A stretch of 64,000 nucleotides of DNA, from assembly GCF_009914755.1 (NCBI RefSeq), contig NC_060947.1; one strand, 5' to 3'. Each line of letters starts with the position of its first letter. Positions within the stretch are counted from its first letter, which is position 1. Positions 51,821-64,000 of the stretch are shown here, piece after piece. The notes below the pieces were generated by a model. It worked only from the letters and a program-made list of their open reading frames with translations, did no database searches and had not been told where the DNA came from. Both the position numbers and the translations under genes were made by a program. Origin of the DNA: the human T2T-CHM13v2.0 reference genome, Homo sapiens.

Positions 51821-54800
51821 AGACTGCTTCTTTAAGTGGGACCCCAACCCATTTCTCCTCACTGGGCAGGACCTCCCTGTGGGGTCTTCAGCCACTCCAC
51901 CTAGGCTTATAGGGACAGAGCTCTGAACTTTCCCTGGGATGGAGCTTCCAGGGGGAGGGGTGGCTGTTATCTCTGTGGTGCAGTTGATTCAGCCATTCCA
52001 GTCTGCTGGCTTTGCAGAGTCCAAATTTTCTGGACAAGGATGGGTTCCCTCCAGTAGAGCAAACCTGCTCTACCAAAAAGCAGCCAGACTGCTTCTTTAA
52101 GTGGGTCCCTGTTTCCACTCCTCCTGACTGGGTGAAACTTCCCAACAGGGGTCTCGAGATACCTCCTATAGGTGCATTTGGGCCAGAAACAGGTCATTAC
52201 CCCCCTGGGATGGAGGTTCCAGAGGAAAGAGAAGGCTGCCATCTTTGTTGTTTCACAGCCTTCACTGGTGATACATCCAGGTATGAAAAAAAAAATGAGG
52301 CAAGTAGGGTCTGGAGTAGACCTGCAGCAAACCACAGCAGCCCTATAGGAGAGTGACCTGACTGTTAAAAGAAAAACAAACAGAAAACAACAACATCAAC
52401 AGAAAAGACCCCACAAAAAACTCATTCAAAGGTCAGCAACCTCAAACATTGAAGATAGATAAGCCCACAAATATGAGAAATAATCAACACAAAAAGGCTG
52501 AAAACAAAACGCCAGAGTGTCTCTATTCCTTCAAATGAATGCAACACCTCTAGAGCAAGGGCACAGAACTGGGCTGAGGTTAAGATGCCTGAATTGACAG
52601 AAGTAGGCTTCAGAAGGTGGGTAATAACAAACTTCACTGAGCTAAAGGAGCATGTTGTAACCCAATGCAAAGAGGCTAAGAATCATGATAAAACAATACA
52701 GGAGCTGATAGCCAGAATAGCCACTTTAGGGAGGAATATAACCGACATGACGGAGCTAGAAAACACAATATGACAACTTTACTATGCAATCACAAGTATC
52801 AATAGCAGAATAAATAAAGCAGAGGAAGGAATCTCAGAGCTTGAAGACTATCTTTCTGAAATAAGACAGACAAGAATAGAGAATAAGGAATAAAATGGAA
52901 TGAATAAAATCTGAGAAATATGGAATTATATAAAGAGAGCAAACCTACAACTGATTGGGGTACCTGAAAGAGATGGCGTGAATTGAACCAAGATGGAAAA
53001 TATATTTCAGGATATCATCCAGGAGAACTTCTCCAGCCTAGCAAGACAGGCCAACATTCAAATTCAGGAAATGCAGAGAACCCCAGTAAGATACTCCATG
53101 AGAAAATCAATTCCAAGACACATAATCATCAGATTCTCCAAGGTTGAAATAAAGAAAATATTCAGGGCAGCCAGAGCAAAAGGCCACATTACCTACAAAG
53201 GAAAGTAGATCAGACTAACAGCAGATCTCCCAGTGGAAACCCTAAAAGCCAGAAGAGATTGGGGCCAATATTCAACATTTTTAAAGAAAATAATTTTCAG
53301 CCCAGTATTTGACACCTACCAAACTAAGCTTCCTAACTGAAGGAGAAATAAGATCCTTTTCAGACAAGAAAATACTGAGGGAATTAATTGCCACCAGGCC
53401 TGCCTTGCAAGACCTCCTGAAGGAAGCACTAAATATGGAAAGGGAAGACTGTTACAAGTCACTACAAAAACACACTGAAGTACACAGACCAGTGACACTA
53501 TGGAATGACCACATAAACAAGTCTGCAAAATAGCCAGCTAGCATCATGATGACAGGATCAAACTCACACATAACAATATTAACCTTAAATGTAAATGGGC
53601 TAAATGTCTCAATTAAAAGACACAGACTATAAATCTGGACAAAGAGCCAAGACCCATTGGTATGCTGTCTTCAAGAGACCATCTCAAGTGCAAAGACACA
53701 CATAGGCTCAAAATAAAGGGATGGAGGAAAATTTATCAAACAAATGAAAAACAGAAAAAAGTAGAGGTTACAATCCTAGTTTCTAACAAAACTGACTTTA
53801 AACCAACAAAAATAAAAAAAGACAAAGAAGGATATTACATAATGGAAAAAGGTTCAATTCAACAAGAAGAGCTTTCTAAATATATATGCACCAAATTCAG
53901 GAGCACCCATATTCATAATGCAAGTTCTTAGAGATCTACAAAAAGACTTATATTCTAACACAGTAATAGTGAAAGACTTTAACACTCCACTGACAGTATT
54001 AGTCAGATCATCAACACAGAAAATTAACAAGGATATGCAGAACCCGAACACATCTCTGGATCAAGAGGACCTGATAGATATCTACAGAACTCTTCAGCCA
54101 TAAACAACAGAATAAACACTCATCTCATTGCCACATGGCACTTACTCTAAAATTGAGCATATAAACGGAAGTAAAACACTCCTCAGCAAATGCATAAGAA
54201 CTGAAATCATAACAGTCTCTCAGACCAAAGCATAATAAATTAGAGCTCAAGATTAAGAAATTAACTCAAAACCACACCACTACATGGAAATTGGATAACC
54301 TGCTCTTGAATGACTCTTGGGCAAATAATGACATTAAGACAGAAATCAACAAGTTCTTTGAAACGAATGAGAACCAAAAGACAATGTACCAGAATCTCTG
54401 GGACACAGCTAAAATAGTGTTAAGAGGGAAATTTATAGCACTAAATCCCCACACCAAAAAGCTAGAAAGATCTCAAATTGACACCCTAATATCACAACTA
54501 AAAGAACTAGAGAACCAAGAGCAAAGAAACACCAAAGCTAGCAGAAGACGAGAAATAGCCAAGATCAGAGCTGAACTGAAGGAGACAGAGACATGAAAAA
54601 ACTCTTCAAAAAAAATCAACAAATCCAGGGTTTTTTAAATTAATCAAATAGATAGACCACTAGCCAGACTAATAAAGAAGGAAAGAGAGAAGAATCAAAT
54701 AAACACAATCAGAAATGATCAGGGGATATCACCACTGATCCCACAGAAATACAAACAACCATCAGAGAATACTATAAAACCTCTATGTACATAAATGAGA

Positions 54801-55059
54801 AAATTTAGAATAAATTCCGGGGTACATACACCCTCCCAAGACTGAACAAGGAAGAAATTAAATCCTTGAATAGACCAATAATGAGTTCTGAATTTGAGGC
54901 AGTAATAAACAGCCTACCAATCAAAAAAAGCCCAGGACCAGATGAATTCACAGCTGAATTCTATCAGAGTTACAAAGAAAAGCTGGTATCATTTCTACTG
55001 AAACTATTCCAAAAAATTGAAAAGGAGAGACTCTTCCCCAACTCATTCTGTGAGGCTAA

Positions 55060-56110
<1,051 letters not shown>

Positions 56111-58140
56111 ACTCACAAAAAATAAAAATAAAAACTGCTACCTCCTGCTTGTTAAAACAAAAAAAGAAAACATCAGGTCAATATCCTTGATAAACATTGA
56201 TGTAAAAATCCTCAATAAAATACTGGCATAATGAATCCAGCAGCATATCAAAAAGCTATTCACAACAATCAAGGTGGCTTCATCCCCAGATACAAGGTTC
56301 ATTCAACATATGCAAACCAATAAATGTGATTTATCATATAAACAGAACTAAAGACAAAAACCACATCATTATCTCAATAGATGCAGGCCTGTGATAAAAT
56401 TGAACATCTCTTCATGTTTAAAACTCTCAATAAACCAGGTATTGAAGGAACATACCTCAAAATAATAAGAGCCATTTATCACAAAGCCACAGGTAATATC
56501 ATACTAAGTGGGCAAACCTGGAAGCATTTCCCTTGAAAACTGGCACAAGATAAGGATGCCCTCTCTCACCACTCCTATTCAACATATTATTGGAAGTTCT
56601 GGCCAGGGCAATCAGCCAAGAGAAAGAAATAAAGGGCATTCAAATAGGAATAAAGGAAGTCAAACTATCCTTGTTTGCACATGACATGATCCTATATGTA
56701 GAAAACCCTATTGTCTCAGCTCAAAAGCTTCTGAAGCTAATAAGCAACTTCAGCAAGGTCTCAGGATACAAAATTAATGTGCAAAAATCGCTAGCCTTCC
56801 TATACATCAACAACTGGTAAGCAGAGAACCAAATTATAAATGAAATCCCATTCACAATTGTCACAAAAAGAATAAAATACCTAGGAATACAGCTAACAAG
56901 AGAAGTGAAAGACTTCTTCAAGGAGAACTACAAACCACTGCTCAACAAAATCAGAGAGGACACAAACAAATGTAAAAACATTCCATGCTCATGAGATAGG
57001 AAGAATCAATATCGGGAAAATGGCCAAACTGCCCAAAGTAATTTATGGATTGAATGCTATTCCCATTAAACTATCACTGGCATTCTTCAGAGAATTAGAA
57101 AAAGCTATTTAAAAATTCGTATGGAACCAAAAAAGAGCCTGAATAGCCAAGACAATCCTAAGAAAAAAGCTAAAGGCACCATGCTACAGACTTCAAGCTA
57201 TACTACAAGGCTACAGTAACCAAAACAGTATGGTATGGGCAGAAGAACAGACACATAGACCAATGGAACAGAAAACAGAACCCAGAAATAAGACCACACG
57301 CCAAAAACATGTGATCTTTGACAAACCTGACAAAAACTAGCAATGGGGAAAGGATTCCCTATTTTGTAAATGATGCTGGGAGTGCTGCCTAGCCATATGC
57401 AGAAAATTGTAACTGGCCCCCTTCCTTACACCTTATATAAAAGTTAACTCAAGATGGATTAAAAGACTTAAGTATAAAACCTGAAACTGTAAAAACCCTA
57501 GAAGAAAATCCAGGCAATACTATTCAGGACATAGGCACAGGCAAATATTTCATGATGAAAACACCAAAAGCAATTGCATCAAAAGAAAAAATTGACAAAT
57601 GGGATGTAATTAAAGAGTTCCTGCACAGCAAAAGAAACCATCATCAGAGTGAACACACAACCTAAAGAATGGGAGGAAAGTTTTACAATCTCTCCATCTA
57701 ACAAAAGTCTAATATCCAGAGTCTATTACACAAGGAACTTAAATTTCTAAGAAAAAAACAAACAACCCCAGTAAAAAGTGGGCAAACGACATGAACAAAC
57801 ACTTCTCAAAAGAAGACATAGATGTGGCCAAAACAAACATGTAAAAAAAGCTCAACATCACTGATTATTAAACACAAATCAAAGCCACAAAGAGATACTA
57901 TCTCACGCCAGTCAGAATGGCTATTACTAAAAAGTCAAAAGCAACAGATGCTGACAAGGTTGCAGATAAAAGAATGCCTTTACACTGTTGGTGGGAGTGT
58001 AAATTAGTTCAATCATTGTGGAAGATAGTGTGGCAATTCCTTGAAGACCTAGAGCCAGAAATACCATTTGACCCAGCAATCCCATTACTTGGTATATACC
58101 CAAAGAAATATAAATTATTTGAGTTTAAAGATACATGCAT

Positions 58141-58228
58141 TAATTGTAAGTTTCCTGAGGCCTGCCCAGCCATGTGTAACTGTGAGTCAATTAAACCTCT
58201 TTTCTTTAAAAATAAATAAATAAATAAA
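58141..58228 (+). mobile_element. Retroposed polyadenylated THE1/MST (MaLR) LTR fragment
   Basis: TTGTAAGTTTCCTGAGGCC...TGTGAGTCAATTAAACCTCTTTTCTTT, A-rich tail, 15-bp TSD. Confidence 0.88.
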
Positions 58229-59384
58229 TAAAGATACATGCATGCATATGTTCATTGCAGCACTATTCTCAATAGCAAAGACATGAAATCAACCTAAATG
58301 TCCATCAATGATAGACTGGATAGAGAAAATGTGGTACATATACACCATGGAATATTATGTAGCCATAAAATGGAAGGAGATCATGTCCTTTACAGGGACA
58401 TGGGTGGAGTTGGAAGCCATTATCTTCAGCAAACTAACACAGGAACAGATAACCAAACACCATACGTTCTAACTTATAAGTGGGAGCTGAACAATGTGAA
58501 CACATGGACACAGGAAGAGGAACAACACACACTGGGGCCTGTTAGGGGTGGGGGGAGGGACAGCATCAGGAAGAGGAGCTAATGGATGCTGGGATTCACA
58601 CCTAGGTGATGGGATTATCTGTGCAGCAAAGCACCATGGCAAACATTTACCTGTATAACAAATCTGCATATCCTGCACATGTACCCCTGAACTTAAAATA
58701 AAAGTTTAAGACAAAGAAAAAAACAAAAGTCAATAAATTGATATTATAAAACAGTAGCTAAATGAACTAAATACTGCAAAGTAATATGAAAAACAACTGG
58801 TTATTTTGTTTACTTAGAAGAACAGTTATACCAGTTAAGACAAAATTATAAGGTTTTAAAAATTCTTTTTAACATTATAATTAAAAGTAGCACCTTGTGG
58901 TGGCACTTTAATTTCTGGGATGTCCTTGGGAATATAACTTCCTTATAGTACACTGCACCTACTTGAAAGGCACAGGAAGAGGATTTTCTATTTGTATGTG
59001 ATAAATATCTCATGTCTACTTAACAAACTGGCTTTGGTTTGGAATAAGATGTCAGGCCTGGATGCCCTAATTCTGGCACTAACAAGCCTTATTGAAAACT
59101 TATAATACAGTGAGCCAGTAAATGCATTTTGGATGAGGCAATTGATGATAGATTGGGATGTACTTGGGTATTAAAGAATGTAATACTGTGGCTATTAAAT
59201 TGGCCCAATGTACTCTCCTTTTCTTTTTACACGTTAAAAATAATAAAGATGTGGTCTTAAGTGTTAGATATTTGTAGTGGATGTCTAAATTCTGTCATCA
59301 TCTCACCCAGGTTAGGGCTATGAAATTCCCAAACAATCAGACTTTCTACTGGCCTACAAGCTTCATAAGGTGATGACGACAGTC

Positions 59385-61666
<2,282 letters not shown>

Positions 61667-64000
61667 TGTGATGGTTAATATTGAGTGTCACCTTGATTGG
61701 ACTGAGGGATGCAAAGGATCCTGGGTGTGTCTGCAAGGCTGCTGCCAAAGGAGATTAACATTTGACTCAGTGGGATGGGGAAGGCAGACCCACCCTTAAT
61801 CTGAGTAAGCACCATCTAATCAGCTACCAGCGAATATAAAGCAGGCAGGAAAACGCGAAAAGACTAGACTGCCTAGCCTCCAAGGCTACATCTTTCTGCC
61901 AAGCTGGAGCCTTCCTGCCCTCGAACATTGGACTCCAAGTTCTTCAGTTTTGGGACTCGGACTGGCTTTCCTTGCTCCTCAGCTTGCAGATGGTCTATTG
62001 TGGGCCCTTGTGATTGTGGGAGTTAATACTTAACAAACTCCTGGAGTTTCATGGCTTGTGAGAGGCGAGGAGTTTAGTGACTCTATACATAATACCTTTG
62101 ACCATATGTGGAGAACCAAGGAACATAATCTTTCTCCCATCCTTCCCCAAAGAAACATGTGGCCTTTTACCAGGGTAACTGCACTGGGGAAAGGGAAATG
62201 ATCAGACATTTTGGGAACTACTGGACACTGGCTCTGAGCTGATGATTCCAGGCAAGCAAAAATGTCATTACAGTCCTCCAGTTAAAGTAGGTGCTTATGG
62301 AGGTCAGGTAATTAATGGAGTTTTAGCTCAGGTCTGATTTACAGTGTCTGGTGTCCAGTGGGTCCCCGGACTCATCTTGTGGTCATTTCCCCAGTGCCAG
62401 AATGCATAATTGGCATAGACATACTTAGCAGCTGGCAGAATCCCCACAATGGCTCCCTGACTGATAGGGTGAGGGTTATTATGGTGGGAAAGACCAAATG
62501 GAAGCCATTAGAGCTGCCTCTACCTAGAAACACAATAAATCAAAAACAGTATCACATCCCTGGAGGGATTGTGATTAGTGCCACCATCACAGGCTTGACA
62601 GATGCAGCGGTGGTGATTCCCACTACATCCTCCTTCAACTCTCCAATTTGGCCTGAACAGAAAACAGATGGATTTTGGAGAATTACAGTGGATTATCGTA
62701 AGCTTCACGATGACTCCAATTGCAGCTGCTATAACAGATGTGGTTTCATGGCTTGAGCAAATTAACACATCTCCTGGTACCTGGTATGCAGACATTGACT
62801 TAGTAAATGCCTTTTTCTCCATTCCTGTCCATAAGGCCCACCAGAAGCAATTTGCCTTCAGCTGGCAAGGCCAGTAATATACCTTTATTGTCCTACCTTA
62901 GGAGTATATCAACTCTCTGTCTTTGTGACATTATCTTATTGGGAGAGACCTTGATCGTTTTTCGCTTCTGCAAGATATCACACTGGTCCATTACATTGAT
63001 GACATTATGCTGATTGGATCCAGTGTGTAAGAAGTAGCAAATACACTGGACTTATTGGTGAGACAATTGCATGCCAGAGGATGGGAAATAAATCTGACTA
63101 AAATTCAGGGACCTTCTACTTCAGTAAAATTTCCAGGGTTCCAGTGGTGTGAGGCCGTCAAAATATTCCTTCTGAGGTGAAGGATAAGTTGCTGCATTTG
63201 GCCCCTCCTACAACCAAGAAATTAGCACAATGCCTAGTGGGCCTATTTGGATTTTAGATGCAACACATTCCTCATTTGAGCATGTTACTCTGGCCCATTT
63301 ATCGAGTGACCGAAAAGGCTGCCAGTTTTGAGTTGGGTCCAGAACAGGAGAAGGCTCTTCAACAGGTCCAGGCTGCTGTGCAAGCTACTCTGCCACTTGG
63401 GCTATATGGCCCAGCAGATCCAACAGTGCTTGAGTTGTCAGTGGCAGATAGGGATGCTGTTTGGAGCCTTTGGCAGGCTCCCACAGGTGAATCACAGCAG
63501 AGGTCTCTAGGATTTTGGAGCAAGGCCCTGCCATCTTCTGCAGATAACTACTCTCCTTTTGAGAGACAGCTCTTGGCCTATTACTGGGCTTTGGTGGAAA
63601 CTGAACGATTGACTATGGGTCATAAAGTCACCATGTGACCTGAACTATCTATCATGAACTGGGCACTCTGTGACCCATCTAGCCATAAAGTTGGTTGTGC
63701 ACATCAGTATTCGATCATCAAATGAAGTGGTATATACGTGATCATGCTCGAGCAGGTCCTGAAGGCACAAGTTACATGACAAAGTAGCTCAAATGCCCAT
63801 GGTCTCCACTCCTGCCACCTTGCCTTCTCTCCCCCAGCCTGCACTGATGGCCTCATGGGGGGTTCACTATGATCAATTGACAGAGGAAGAGATTACTAGG
63901 GCCTGGTTCACAGATGGTTCTACACGAAATGCAGGCACCACCCAAAAGTGGACAGCTGCAGCACTACAGCCCCTTTCTAGGACATCCTGGAAGGACAGCG
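61667..64000 (+). mobile_element. HERV-L provirus: truncated MLT2 LTR (61667 to approx. 62041), short gag piece, disabled pro-RT-RNaseH; runs off window
   Basis: LLDTGSEL near 62218; DLVNAFFSIP; YIDD at 62992-63003; WFTDGS near 63904; multiple stops. Confidence 0.92.

Noticed and set aside
62218-64000. Domesticated ERV-L pol gene
   Set aside because: Broken into short frames by stops and frameshifts despite an intact YIDD motif

Overview
Primate, most likely human, genomic DNA from inside ZDHHC15 (a DHHC palmitoyltransferase, X-linked in human), transcribed on the minus strand. Seven internal coding exons with GT-AG boundaries splice in frame: 42574-42454, 23216-23147, 21676-21644, 20894-20774, 16476-16344, 13682-13556 and 8830-8727. 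They encode FHLSYTDKERY...CVLKMDHHCPW...KTTLE...EDDNQ. The first and last exons lie outside the window. By eye, about three quarters of the rest is transposable element: two full-length old L1s, many truncated L1s, about 15 Alus, two degraded ERV-L/MLT2 proviruses, plus MaLR, L2, MIR and MER fragments. Almost all ORF-track entries are decayed L1, ERV-L or Alu frames. I found no evidence of a new protein-coding system. The most notable signals are retrotransposition and repair scars: a polyadenylated MaLR-LTR fragment with a perfect 15-bp TSD, two or three probable L1 3' transductions, two twin-priming inversions, a complex templated insertion, and an L2 split by a 16-kb nested ERV-L/L1/Alu stack. 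The catalytic DHHC motif sits in a frame-preserving 33-nt microexon. Subfamily names and exon numbers come from remembered consensus sequences and are approximate.
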